Assembly: GCA_029288775.1 (NCBI GenBank)
Contig: JARIGQ010000001.1
Location: forward strand, 29,044 to 93,043
Direction: 5' to 3'
Length of the DNA stretch: 64,000 nucleotides
Origin: Candidatus Nomurabacteria bacterium
GTDB lineage: Bacteria; Patescibacteriota; Minisyncoccia; Phycocordibacterales; UBA5272
Positions 1-8,854 of this stretch are shown here, piece by piece. A model generated the notes under the pieces. That model was not told where the DNA came from, ran no database searches, and saw only the letters and a program-made list of their open reading frames with translations. The position numbers were made by a program, and so were the translations under genes. Each line of letters opens with the position of its first letter. Position 1 is the stretch's first letter.

Positions 1-560
1 AACTTTTGAAGAACGTTTTGGAAAAGCAAGGTGCTGAAAAAGTGCTTCATGTGACGACCGGAGGGGGATTTCGCGATTTTATAAGTGGAACATCGCACAC
101 GGCTATGGCTTGTCGTGAACTTGTAAATAGCGGTGGGTTGAGTCCGGAATTTCTGGCTATATGGAATTGGTCCACTATTTTTATCACTAGTCTTACCGGT
201 AAAGAAACGGTTATATTAGACGGTGCGCCGCGTCGTATTGATGAAGTCGCTCCGCTTCATGGGGCGATTGCCTTTTATGGTTATCCTAAACCCACTGTGA
301 TTCATCTTAATGTATCTGAAACATGGGCAATGGATAAACTTGCTTCTCGTGGAAGAGAAGATGATAATGAACGTGAAGAACAAGAAAGGAAAATGAAGTG
401 GTTTAATGAGGACATGCTTCCATGCATTGATGCGTATTCTCGTGATCCGCGCTATGATTTCATTCACGTTAACGGCGAACAGACTGTTGAAGAAGTGCAT
501 GCAGAAATGCTTGCAAAACTGGGTATGGCAATTCCTTCGCCAATGGAAACAACTGTATAG
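1..560 (+). CDS. adk: Adenylate kinase, 5' partial (window edge); short LID variant
   Basis: ILDGAPRR matches the Adk LLDGFPRT motif and RGREDD matches the LID. The P-loop falls off the window. map follows directly, as in secY-adk-map operons. Confidence 0.6.
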   Translation, partial: LLKNVLEKQGAEKVLHVTTGGGFRDFISGTSHTAMACRELVNSGGLSPEFLAIWNWSTIFITSLTGKETVILDGAPRRIDEVAPLHGAIAFYGYPKPTVIHLNVSETWAMDKLASRGREDDNEREEQERKMKWFNEDMLPCIDAYSRDPRYDFIHVNGEQTVEEVHAEMLAKLGMAIPSPMETTV

Positions 561-562
561 AA

Positions 563-1333
563 ATGAAATACGATATTAAATTAAAAAATGAAACGGACAT
601 CAAACATCTTCGCGAATCTGGGAAGTTGCTTGCTCGTGCGCTTAAAGCTACTGCGGAAGAAGTAAAACCCGGAGTTACCACAAAATATTTAAACGATTTT
701 TTTCATGATTTTGTAGTGAAAGGTGGGGGAGAGCCGGCATTTTTAAACTATCAACCCTTTGGTGCAGATTACCCATATCCGGGGGCGATTTGTATTTCGG
801 TAAATGACGAAGTGGTACATGGGATCGGAGGAGACTATGTGCTTAAGGAAGGCGATATTATCGGTCTTGATGGTGGGGTGAAGTTGAAAGGATTGATTAC
901 GGACTCTGCTATTACGGTGCCCGTAGGAAAGGTTAGCGATGAAGATGCTGAACTGCTTCGGGTGACCCAAGAAGCCATGATGGCAGGGATTCGTGCTGCG
1001 ATATGTGGCAACTATGTGAACGATATTTCCAAAGCTATCGAAAAAGCTATTCCAAAAAAATATGGCATCGTAAAAATTCTTTCTGGGCATGGAGTAGGAT
1101 ATAAGGTGCATGAAGAACCGTATGTGCCTAATTTTGACGACGGAGTGAAAGGCCCTAAGCTTGTTCCTGGACTTGTTCTTGCGATTGAGCCCATGGTTAA
1201 TCTTGGAACTGATGAAGTGGTGCTTACCAATGACGGGTATACGTTTGTCACCGAAGATGGCAAGAAATCGGCGCATTTTGAACATACGATTTTGATTACG
1301 GAGGATAAACCAGAAATTATTACTATACAATAG
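563..1333 (+). CDS. map: Methionine aminopeptidase type I
   Basis: GHGVGYKVHEEP and FEHTILIT metal-site motifs. Starts 2 nt after the adk stop. Confidence 0.9.
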   Translation: MKYDIKLKNETDIKHLRESGKLLARALKATAEEVKPGVTTKYLNDFFHDFVVKGGGEPAFLNYQPFGADYPYPGAICISVNDEVVHGIGGDYVLKEGDIIGLDGGVKLKGLITDSAITVPVGKVSDEDAELLRVTQEAMMAGIRAAICGNYVNDISKAIEKAIPKKYGIVKILSGHGVGYKVHEEPYVPNFDDGVKGPKLVPGLVLAIEPMVNLGTDEVVLTNDGYTFVTEDGKKSAHFEHTILITEDKPEIITIQ

Positions 1334-1419
1334 ACAATCTTTTTTAAGAGGAGTAGGCTTAAAGGTGAAGGAAGTGTCGAGGTGATACTTTCAGGGGTAA
1401 TAATGAGGAGGCTAGAGTT

Positions 1420-1827
1420 ATGTCCCGTCAGAATGAACCCGTGTACGTGATGAGCTGTCCCGATAGGCTAATTACTCCCGAGTGGAACTGGCAAATAGCC
1501 GCAGTGCGATTCGAGGAGACTCGCAATGATTTTCTGAAAAACATTCCATCTAAGGGTTTGCAGGGTTCGTGGTATTACACCTGTTTTCCTGTGCGAGGGA
1601 TGACAGGGTGTCCACTTACCGTTGAGCGGATACGTGTGATTCGCAAGATTGTGCAGGAATTTCGGGATGTGGAGCATCCCAAACGCTATGAGCGTGCTGC
1701 GCGCGTGCAGAGTTTGTTTGAGAAATATCTTGAACACCCTCCATGTTCTCTTCTTGATAACTGGGATGGCAAAGCGCCTGAGCGGCTTCAACACGCTCAG
1801 CGTATGTTCGGTCATCTCGGGTACTGA
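1420..1827 (+). CDS. Hypothetical Cys-containing protein (135 aa)
   Basis: AGGAGG Shine-Dalgarno 8 nt upstream of the ATG. An intrinsic terminator follows. The antisense ORF has no RBS. Confidence 0.5.
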   Translation: MSRQNEPVYVMSCPDRLITPEWNWQIAAVRFEETRNDFLKNIPSKGLQGSWYYTCFPVRGMTGCPLTVERIRVIRKIVQEFRDVEHPKRYERAARVQSLFEKYLEHPPCSLLDNWDGKAPERLQHAQRMFGHLGY

Positions 1828-1830
1828 GCA

Positions 1831-1858
1831 AACGGCGCATCGCGCCGTTTTCTTTTTT
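1831..1858 (+). terminator. Rho-independent terminator
   Basis: AACGGCGC-atc-GCGCCGTT hairpin followed by TTTTCTTTTTT. Confidence 0.7.
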
Positions 1859-1899
1859 ATGCACTAGGTTCACCTACCTCTGCACGATATACTTTCTTC

Positions 1900-4608
1900 A
1901 TGGATCAGACTCTAAAAACTCCTGAGGAAGAGATTGCTTATTTGCGTTCGCAAATTCAAAACAAAGTGGAAGCATCCAAAGGGTTCGAAGATCGTTTTAC
2001 CTCAGAAGATCATGCTCATGAAGTAGTTCGTGAGTATAAGCAAGTACCCCTTGAAAAAGCAGTTGCTCCGCAGCAGATGGTTACTGCCGGGGAAAAGCAG
2101 CGGCTTTTGGAATGGCTGACACCCAGAGAAACGGATGAACAGGTAAAAATGCTTGCGCAGGTTATGGCAGAAAAGGGCCTTAAAAATGCTTTTAGTATGA
2201 TGGAGTCGCTTAATTATCCGGAAGTTGAGGACGATTTCGAGCGTTACTTGGTGCAATACCTCATTTCTGGTCATGAAGTTAAAAACAATCTTTCCAAGGA
2301 AGAATGGAAGGCGCTCCATATGAAGCTTTTTGAAGTGGTATTACCCGACGTTCAGGATCAAGGAAAGGGAGCCAAGGAAATGATGGCGCTTATGGAGCAA
2401 TGGTATGCCTCTATGCAGGCACTTGCTCCAGAGCCCACCAACAAGGACAAGAATTACTATTCATTGGAACTTGCAGTGGCTAATGGTACAACCACGGCGG
2501 TTTTTTATTGTGCGGTACATATTGACTATGCTTCGCTTTTTGAAAAAGTGGTGCTTGGTATTTTCCCAACCGCTCAAGTTCGCGAGCAAAAGGAGGATTA
2601 TAATATTTTTACCAAGCACGCTATTACTACGTGTGCGTACGCCTCCGCAAGCACGCATCCAACACTCCCACTTAAAACCTATACCAACATGGAGGGGGAT
2701 CCGATGTCGCTTATTATTGCTTCTTTCACTAAGATAGCGCGGGAAAATGAAGGCCTTGCGCTCCAGCTTCTTATTCGTCCTTCGGGGGATATGTTTGCTA
2801 AGAGGTATGGAGAAATGTTGGAGGATTTGCGAAAAGGGGAGACGCTCAAGCGGGTTATTGAAAAGCAGGATAACTTGAAAGAGTCATTCCGTATTCTCGG
2901 ATCAATGTTTAGTAGTAAATCTGCTGAACAATTAGCTAAAGAAAAAGAGAAGAAACAAACGTTTGTGGACGAAACAGCAATGAAGCATGTACAGGACAAA
3001 CTTTCACGTACTATTGTAGAAACCAATATTCGTATTATTGCTTCGGCAGAAACATTACCTCGTGCACAAGCTATTCGTTCGGAACTTGAGGCTTCATTTG
3101 CCCAATTTGCAGAAGTAAATGGAAACAGCGTTAAATGGGTAGAAGTAGAAGGGCGTAAGCAGAAAGCCATGCTTCACCGTTATTCGTATCGCTTGTGGAA
3201 TGATGATGAAAGTTATCCGCTTAATATAGCCGAGCTTGCATCGCTATTTCATTTTCCAACCCAAACCAAAGATACGGCAAATGTACGCGAACAAACGGCG
3301 ACTCAAGCAGCTGCTCCATTGGACATGCCTTCAGAAGGGGTGGTATTGGGAGTAAATAGATTCCGCGGTCAAGAAACTATGATTCACATGTCGCGAGAGG
3401 ATCGGATGCGTCATTTGTATGTGATAGGGCAGACAGGTACAGGTAAGACCTCCATTTTGAAGAATCTTATTATTCAGGATATTAAAAATGGTGATGGGTG
3501 CTGTTTCATTGATCCGCACGGGTCCGATATTATGGATATTTTGGCGTCCATTCCTCCGGAGCGCTCGCAAGATGTTATATATTTTGATCCAGGGAATACC
3601 GCTCGTCCCATGGGTCTTAATATGCTCGAATATGATCGGAATTATCCTGAACAGAAAACATTCGTTGTAAATGAGCTTTTGGGTATTTTCAATAAGCTCT
3701 TCGATATGAAGACATCCGGAGGTCCAGGGTTTGAACAGTACTTTAGAAACGCAACTATGCTCGTTATGGAGCATCCGGAGTCGGGGAATACGCTTCTTGA
3801 AATTGCTCGTATCTTTTCTGATAAGGACTTTAGAGATTATAAGCTTTCGAAGACCAAGAATCCGCTCCTGCTTCAATTTTGGCAAAATGCGGAAAAGACT
3901 ACAGGAGAACAGGGGCTTCAGAACTGGACCCAGTATGTTAATTCCAAATTCGATGTCTTTCTTTCAAATGACATTATGCGTCCGATTATTGCCCAGGAGA
4001 AGAGTGCGTTTAATATCCGTGACATTATGGATGGACGCAAGATTTTCCTTGTGAATCTTTCCAAAGGACGCCTAGGAGACATCAATGCTTCACTTATCGG
4101 TCTTATTTTGGTCGGTAAGTTCTTACAAGCCGCCCTTTCTCGCGTGGACACCACGGAACGCCCTGATTTCTATCTGTATATCGACGAATTTCAAAACATT
4201 ACCACGCCATCCATTTCAGCTATTCTCTCTGAAGCACGCAAGTATCGTCTTAGTCTTAACTTGGCTCATCAATTCATCGCTCAGCTTCCTGAAGACACCA
4301 AGGGAGCGGTATTTGGCAACGTTGGTTCAATGGCATTCTTTCGTGTCGGACCTGATGATGCTCAATACTTGGAGCCGCAGCTTTCACCAACATTTACTGC
4401 AAGTGACCTTATGAAAATCCAGAATTATCATGCCTATCTTAAAGTACTGGTGAATGGTGAACCGAAAAAGCCATTTGACATTGTAACGCTTCCACCAGAA
4501 AAGGGTGATGCAACACGTATCGAGCCGCTTAAGGAATTAAGCTATCTTACCTATGGTCGACCAAAAGAAGAAGTAGAAGCTGAGATTTTGAAGAAGTATC
4601 AACTTTAA
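1900..4608 (+). CDS. TraD/VirD4 (type IV coupling protein)-like P-loop ATPase with a large uncharacterised N-terminal domain; no TM anchor
   Basis: Walker A GQTGTGKTS, DPHG, Walker B YLYIDEFQN, and an ARKYRLSLNLAHQF TraG-D_C-like motif in the C-terminal half. The N-terminal ~450 aa are soluble and unrecognised. Confidence 0.8.
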   Translation: MDQTLKTPEEEIAYLRSQIQNKVEASKGFEDRFTSEDHAHEVVREYKQVPLEKAVAPQQMVTAGEKQRLLEWLTPRETDEQVKMLAQVMAEKGLKNAFSMMESLNYPEVEDDFERYLVQYLISGHEVKNNLSKEEWKALHMKLFEVVLPDVQDQGKGAKEMMALMEQWYASMQALAPEPTNKDKNYYSLELAVANGTTTAVFYCAVHIDYASLFEKVVLGIFPTAQVREQKEDYNIFTKHAITTCAYASASTHPTLPLKTYTNMEGDPMSLIIASFTKIARENEGLALQLLIRPSGDMFAKRYGEMLEDLRKGETLKRVIEKQDNLKESFRILGSMFSSKSAEQLAKEKEKKQTFVDETAMKHVQDKLSRTIVETNIRIIASAETLPRAQAIRSELEASFAQFAEVNGNSVKWVEVEGRKQKAMLHRYSYRLWNDDESYPLNIAELASLFHFPTQTKDTANVREQTATQAAAPLDMPSEGVVLGVNRFRGQETMIHMSREDRMRHLYVIGQTGTGKTSILKNLIIQDIKNGDGCCFIDPHGSDIMDILASIPPERSQDVIYFDPGNTARPMGLNMLEYDRNYPEQKTFVVNELLGIFNKLFDMKTSGGPGFEQYFRNATMLVMEHPESGNTLLEIARIFSDKDFRDYKLSKTKNPLLLQFWQNAEKTTGEQGLQNWTQYVNSKFDVFLSNDIMRPIIAQEKSAFNIRDIMDGRKIFLVNLSKGRLGDINASLIGLILVGKFLQAALSRVDTTERPDFYLYIDEFQNITTPSISAILSEARKYRLSLNLAHQFIAQLPEDTKGAVFGNVGSMAFFRVGPDDAQYLEPQLSPTFTASDLMKIQNYHAYLKVLVNGEPKKPFDIVTLPPEKGDATRIEPLKELSYLTYGRPKEEVEAEILKKYQL

Positions 4609-4610
4609 GT

Positions 4611-4784
4611 ATGGACGCACCTCTTATTATTTTTGCCCTGACTCTTCTTGCGTACATTCCGCTTGCATGCGTTCTTTTGTATGTGTGGTGGAAATATGGA
4701 AAAGGGGAGGTTGGGGTATCGTTGGCCCGAGTCATTTTCCTTGCCGGTTCGGTAGGGTTGCTTTTCCTTATGATTACCGTATGA
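4611..4784 (+). CDS. Small hydrophobic 2-TM peptide (57 aa); below the ORF-track cutoff
   Basis: Translates as MDAPLIIFALTLLAYIPLACVLLYVWWKYGKGEVGVSLARVIFLAGSVGLLFLMITV. The ATG lies 3 nt after the ATPase stop. Its TGA overlaps the ATG of the next gene (ATGA). Confidence 0.4.
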   Translation: MDAPLIIFALTLLAYIPLACVLLYVWWKYGKGEVGVSLARVIFLAGSVGLLFLMITV

Positions 4785-5335
4785 ATACGTTTACACCAGA
4801 ACATCTTTTAGAAGAAGGAGAAATAATCACAGAACGTATTCGCAAGCACTGGATTGTGTATGTGCAAGCTTTCTTCTTGCATGCTTTCGGCTGCGTTATA
4901 TTTCTCATATGTGCCTATTATCTTGCTTCTAAAGGTGATTTCTCGGCCCTTCTCGGGGAAGGGTCTATATACGGTTCTATGACACTCATTACCTTTGTGC
5001 TCATTTTTTGGACAAGCTTTTTTTATGCATGGACCAAAGAATATTTTGATGTGTGGTATGTGACCACCATGCATATTATTGCCATCAATCAAAAGGAGAT
5101 TTTTACTCGCGATGAGTCGTTTATGGAACTTAATCGTATTCAGGATGTTTTCTTTGAAAAGGAGGGATTTCTCGCTCATGTACTTGGGTATGGAACCTTG
5201 CGAGTGCAGACAGCTGGAACGCTCCAAGAATTCGTAATTGAAAATGTAAAAGACGTGGAGTCTGTTGCTCATCGTCTGATGGAGATTCGAGACCATCTAC
5301 AAGAACGAAAAGATCCCATTAATCCATCTCCCTAA
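4781..5335 (+). CDS. Membrane-flanked bacterial PH domain protein (bPH_2 / YdbS-like)
   Basis: Short N-terminus, two TM helices, then a PH-like domain. The start was chosen at the ATGA overlap, not the 4667 track start, whose N-terminus is non-hydrophobic. Confidence 0.6.
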   Translation: MNTFTPEHLLEEGEIITERIRKHWIVYVQAFFLHAFGCVIFLICAYYLASKGDFSALLGEGSIYGSMTLITFVLIFWTSFFYAWTKEYFDVWYVTTMHIIAINQKEIFTRDESFMELNRIQDVFFEKEGFLAHVLGYGTLRVQTAGTLQEFVIENVKDVESVAHRLMEIRDHLQERKDPINPSP

Positions 5336-6137
5336 GCGCGAGAATATTTTCGTATTTTACTGTAGGGATGTAGTGTTCATCAATTGGAAAGCGTATATTG
5401 TTTTCATCAAAAGCGTAGAGGGAGAATTTTTGGTCTAAAAGAAAGCGAAGAATGTCATGCACAGTATAATCATAGCGTGCAAAATTTCTTGGAGCCGCTT
5501 CAAAGTATACGGCTTGCACCTTGGCAAGCATACGATGCGCTCCACGTAACGCGTGGAATTCATATCCTTCAATGTCGAGTTTAAGAAGGTTAACGTGAGA
5601 AAAATGACCAGCTAGATCATCAAGTGTGAGCATAGGAACAGTAAGTACTCCATCATCATTGATATGGTTTATATCGCTCACATATTCATCTGTTGCTTTC
5701 ATGGTGCCTGTCTTGTCACCCACTGCCACATTAAGCGCTTTTACATTAACACAGCCGTTTGCGCGCAGATTGGCCGTGAGATACCGGTAGGTGCGAGGAT
5801 GCATTTCACACGCCAGTACGTGTCCATCTTTCCCAACAAGCTTTGAGGCGGTGATAGCAAGGGTTCCCAGATGGGCGCCGCAGTCAATAACAATATCGCC
5901 AGGTTTGAGAAATGTTTCATAAAAGAGTTCGTCACTTTTATTTTTTTCCGTACGAGTCCATAACCAAAATGCCAAAGGGGCATACCACACTCGCATGCGA
6001 TACCATTTTCGACGCACCCAAAAGAGAGGGGAAAGTCCCATTCTATACAGAATATATTTAATTAGAGGAATAGGGTTACCACGAAAGAGAGCGCGTCGGG
6101 TAAATTCTTTTTCTCGAAGCGTGTGGAAAAATTTCAT
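5319..6137 (-). CDS. FkbM-family methyltransferase
   Basis: VIDCGAHLGT SAM-binding motif and LKLDIEGYE, both typical of the FkbM family. Confidence 0.8.
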   Translation of the reverse strand: MKFFHTLREKEFTRRALFRGNPIPLIKYILYRMGLSPLFWVRRKWYRMRVWYAPLAFWLWTRTEKNKSDELFYETFLKPGDIVIDCGAHLGTLAITASKLVGKDGHVLACEMHPRTYRYLTANLRANGCVNVKALNVAVGDKTGTMKATDEYVSDINHINDDGVLTVPMLTLDDLAGHFSHVNLLKLDIEGYEFHALRGAHRMLAKVQAVYFEAAPRNFARYDYTVHDILRFLLDQKFSLYAFDENNIRFPIDEHYIPTVKYENILALREMD

Positions 6138-6142
6138 AGTAA

Positions 6143-6170
6143 AGCAAAAACGGCTCTTGCGAGCCGTTTC
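6143..6170 (-). terminator. Intrinsic terminator downstream of efp
   Basis: AAACGGCTC-ttgc-GAGCCGTTT hairpin with a T-run on the minus strand. Confidence 0.6.
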
Positions 6171-6172
6171 GA

Positions 6173-6757
6173 CTAGTTCTTAAGGCGTTCTACGTATTCA
6201 CCGGTATCAGTATTTACCACAATGGTTTCACCTGCTTCGATAAAAAGCGGTGTAGCAATTTGGGCACCGGTTTCAATGGTTACGAGTTTGTTTCCTCCTG
6301 AGGAAGTATTTCCCTTAATGGAAGGAGGAGCGTCTTTGACGAAGAAGTTCATTTTGATCGGAAGTGAAATTCCAATAACACGTTCTTCGTCTTCGTATTC
6401 AAAAACTTTAATGTCAACGAGGGTGTTATCCTTAAGAAAGCGAGCTTGGTCCCCAATTACCTCTCCTGAAATTTGGAAGCGCTTAGCTCTATCTTTTGGA
6501 TCGCAGAACCAAAATTCTCCACGATTTGCATACAGGAAGAGCGCTTCACCTCGACGAATTTCTGCTTCTTCAGCGGTGTCGGAAGCATGAAATGTACCAG
6601 GAACAACTTTACCGTTCAAAAGATTTCTCATTTTTACTTGATTTTGTGGTTTTCTTTTTTGGGTCCGTGCCACATGAGATTCGAGGATTTCGAATGGTTC
6701 GCCATCCACAAGGATGAATTTTCGCGGCTTAATTTCGTCGTAATCAAGAGTTGCCAT
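6173..6757 (-). CDS. efp: Elongation factor P (divergent modification loop)
   Basis: Aligns with EF-P (GEFWF, TGEYVER C-terminus). The start was set at MATLDYDE. The track ORF is extended upstream. Confidence 0.8.
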   Translation of the reverse strand: MATLDYDEIKPRKFILVDGEPFEILESHVARTQKRKPQNQVKMRNLLNGKVVPGTFHASDTAEEAEIRRGEALFLYANRGEFWFCDPKDRAKRFQISGEVIGDQARFLKDNTLVDIKVFEYEDEERVIGISLPIKMNFFVKDAPPSIKGNTSSGGNKLVTIETGAQIATPLFIEAGETIVVNTDTGEYVERLKN

Positions 6758-6876
6758 AGTTTTTTCTATTAAAGATAATGTCGGAATTCTATCACGAAAT
6801 GAAGTAGTTTGACAAAAAGTTTCCTCAGGGGCAGACTGTTTATGTAAGTCCTTACACAGATACACAGGAGACAAAG

Positions 6877-7335
6877 ATGCAAATCCTTGGAGTGTTCGGG
6901 TTGGCTGTGTGCGTATATACCTTTTTTTACCTTCCGTGGCGAGCGCAAGAGCTCGTCCGGTTGGCCGAGAAGGGTGACAATAAAGCCCTTGTAAAGCTGA
7001 TTCTCTTGGACGCATGTCACGGGCACGGCATTCTTCTTGTCATGCGGGAAAATCGCCATCGCGTATATCGCGCTGACGGAACGATAAGGTATTGGGTAAG
7101 CAGTCCTTCTCCCGAGCTTTTGCGGCGGTATCGCAATGCTGTTCTCTATGGGGTTAGGGTATGCGAAGACTGCAAACAGGCCATGGAGCAGATGGTGGCT
7201 ACCTTGTGGTGCTGTGCTGCGGTGCGTTTTGTGGAATCGGAAATCGATGACGCAAACCAAAAAAGATGGATAGTCCAAATTCAGCAGGATCAATTCCGAC
7301 GGGTTTTGAAACAGCTGGATAGGTTATGCATCTGA
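6877..7335 (+). CDS. Hypothetical protein (152 aa)
   Basis: AGGAGA Shine-Dalgarno 6 nt upstream. Ends at a bidirectional terminator. A competing antisense ORF exists. Confidence 0.35.
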   Translation: MQILGVFGLAVCVYTFFYLPWRAQELVRLAEKGDNKALVKLILLDACHGHGILLVMRENRHRVYRADGTIRYWVSSPSPELLRRYRNAVLYGVRVCEDCKQAMEQMVATLWCCAAVRFVESEIDDANQKRWIVQIQQDQFRRVLKQLDRLCI

Positions 7336-7355
7336 AACCCATATGTGAAACACAC

Positions 7356-7393
7356 AAGCGCACTTCTGATAGTGCGCTTGTTTCCTTTTTCTT
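7356..7393. terminator. Bidirectional intrinsic terminator (recA / hypothetical)
   Basis: AAGCGCAC-ttctgatag-TGCGCTT hairpin followed by a T-rich run. Confidence 0.65.
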
Positions 7394-7400
7394 TAAGGGT

Positions 7401-8489
7401 TTATTCCGGTTGTTCGTTTTCTTCAGGATCTACCGAACCTGAATAGGAGAGACCGCCTTCATCCAAATGTTTTCTAATTTGCTTTGCAAGAGCATCTCCA
7501 ACTTTTTTATTTTCACGCAAATAGGTACGTGCCGCGTCATAGCCGCGACCAAGTTTTTCATCGCCATATACGTACACCGAGCCTGAGGATTTGCCGACAA
7601 GCTTGAATTTTTCACCCAAAGCAAGAAGCTCTCCTTCGCGCGAAATACCTTCGTTATAGATGATGTCGAATTCGGTTGTTTTAAACGGAGCGGCAACTTT
7701 GTTCTTCACCACTTTTACTTTTGTGCGAGCGCCGACAACTTCTTCACCCTTTTTAATCTGGGCAATCTTACGAATATCGATACGAACAGAGGAGTAGAAC
7801 TTGAGCGCTTTTCCTCCTGGAGTTGTCTCCGGATTGCCAAACATCACTCCGATTTGCATGCGGATTTGATTGATGAAAATAATAACCGTTTTAGATTTCG
7901 CGGCAATTGCGGTTAACTTGCGAAGGGCTTGGGACATGAGGCGCGCTTGCTTGCCGACATGCTGCGCACCCATATCACCTTCGATTTCATCTTTTGGAGT
8001 AAGCGCCGCGACAGAGTCGATGACAAGGACGTCTACTTTACCACTTCGCACAATTGATTCGGCAATTTCTAGTGCCTGCTCGCCATTATCAGGTTGAGAA
8101 ATGAGAAGTTCATTGATGTTAACACCAAGCTTCTTTGCATATTCAGGGTCCATGGCATGTTCTGCATCAATGAAGGCACATAATCCGCCCATTTTCTGAG
8201 CTTCTGCTACCACATGTAAGGTAAGCGTTGTCTTACCAGAAGATTCAGGGCCATAGATTTCGATAATACGTCCGCGCGGAAGTCCGCCGACACCGAGTGC
8301 CGCATCCAAACCAAGTGAGCCTGTAGGAACAACACCAACATCAACTTTAGGTGCAGAGCCGAGTTTCATCATGGCTCCTTCACCGAATTTATTTTGTATT
8401 TCTCGGAGGAGGGCATCGGAGGAAACTTTTTCGTTTACCTCCTTGCTCCCAACCGTTTTTGCTTGTTTTGCAACTTTCTTTTTTATCAT
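7401..8489 (-). CDS. recA: Recombinase RecA
   Basis: GPESSGKTT Walker A and high overall RecA similarity. Confidence 0.95.
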   Translation of the reverse strand: MIKKKVAKQAKTVGSKEVNEKVSSDALLREIQNKFGEGAMMKLGSAPKVDVGVVPTGSLGLDAALGVGGLPRGRIIEIYGPESSGKTTLTLHVVAEAQKMGGLCAFIDAEHAMDPEYAKKLGVNINELLISQPDNGEQALEIAESIVRSGKVDVLVIDSVAALTPKDEIEGDMGAQHVGKQARLMSQALRKLTAIAAKSKTVIIFINQIRMQIGVMFGNPETTPGGKALKFYSSVRIDIRKIAQIKKGEEVVGARTKVKVVKNKVAAPFKTTEFDIIYNEGISREGELLALGEKFKLVGKSSGSVYVYGDEKLGRGYDAARTYLRENKKVGDALAKQIRKHLDEGGLSYSGSVDPEENEQPE

Positions 8490-8498
8490 ATGTTTAGC

Positions 8499-8852
8499 TT
8501 ACTGCGGAATAACTCGTAATGTTTTCGTTACGGATGCGCCATAGGCGTCCGTGGCTTCTATTACCAGTATAGTATAGGGGAATTGCGCCACCAATGTTTC
8601 CTTAAAATGGCCATCTGTATCAACGGTGATTGGTCGTCCTTGAAGCGTAATGGACGCCGAGCGCTTTACAAGACCCGATACTTCAAAGGTGGAACTTGCA
8701 ACAAAATCGCCATTATGGGGATTATAGAGAGTAATTGAAGGGCCTGCGATAAGCGGGTAGGCCCGGAAAATGCCGTAGCCCACGCTAACAAGGCACAAGA
8801 GAACAATGAAGGTTCGTTCGATTCTGCGTCTCAGGTCGTAATAGGTGAGCAT
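8499..8852 (-). CDS. Small membrane-anchored Ig-like protein, between ftsK and recA
   Basis: N-terminal TM helix followed by a beta-rich domain. Tightly packed in the ftsK-recA operon. Confidence 0.5.
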   Translation of the reverse strand: MLTYYDLRRRIERTFIVLLCLVSVGYGIFRAYPLIAGPSITLYNPHNGDFVASSTFEVSGLVKRSASITLQGRPITVDTDGHFKETLVAQFPYTILVIEATDAYGASVTKTLRVIPQ

Positions 8853-8854
8853 GT

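Noticed and set aside
1468-1815. Antisense 115-aa ORF opposite the 1420-1827 gene, and similarly 6769-7293(-) opposite 6877-7335(+)
   Set aside because: The plus-strand ORFs carry AGGAGG and AGGAGA Shine-Dalgarno sites and end at terminators. The antisense ORFs lack any RBS.
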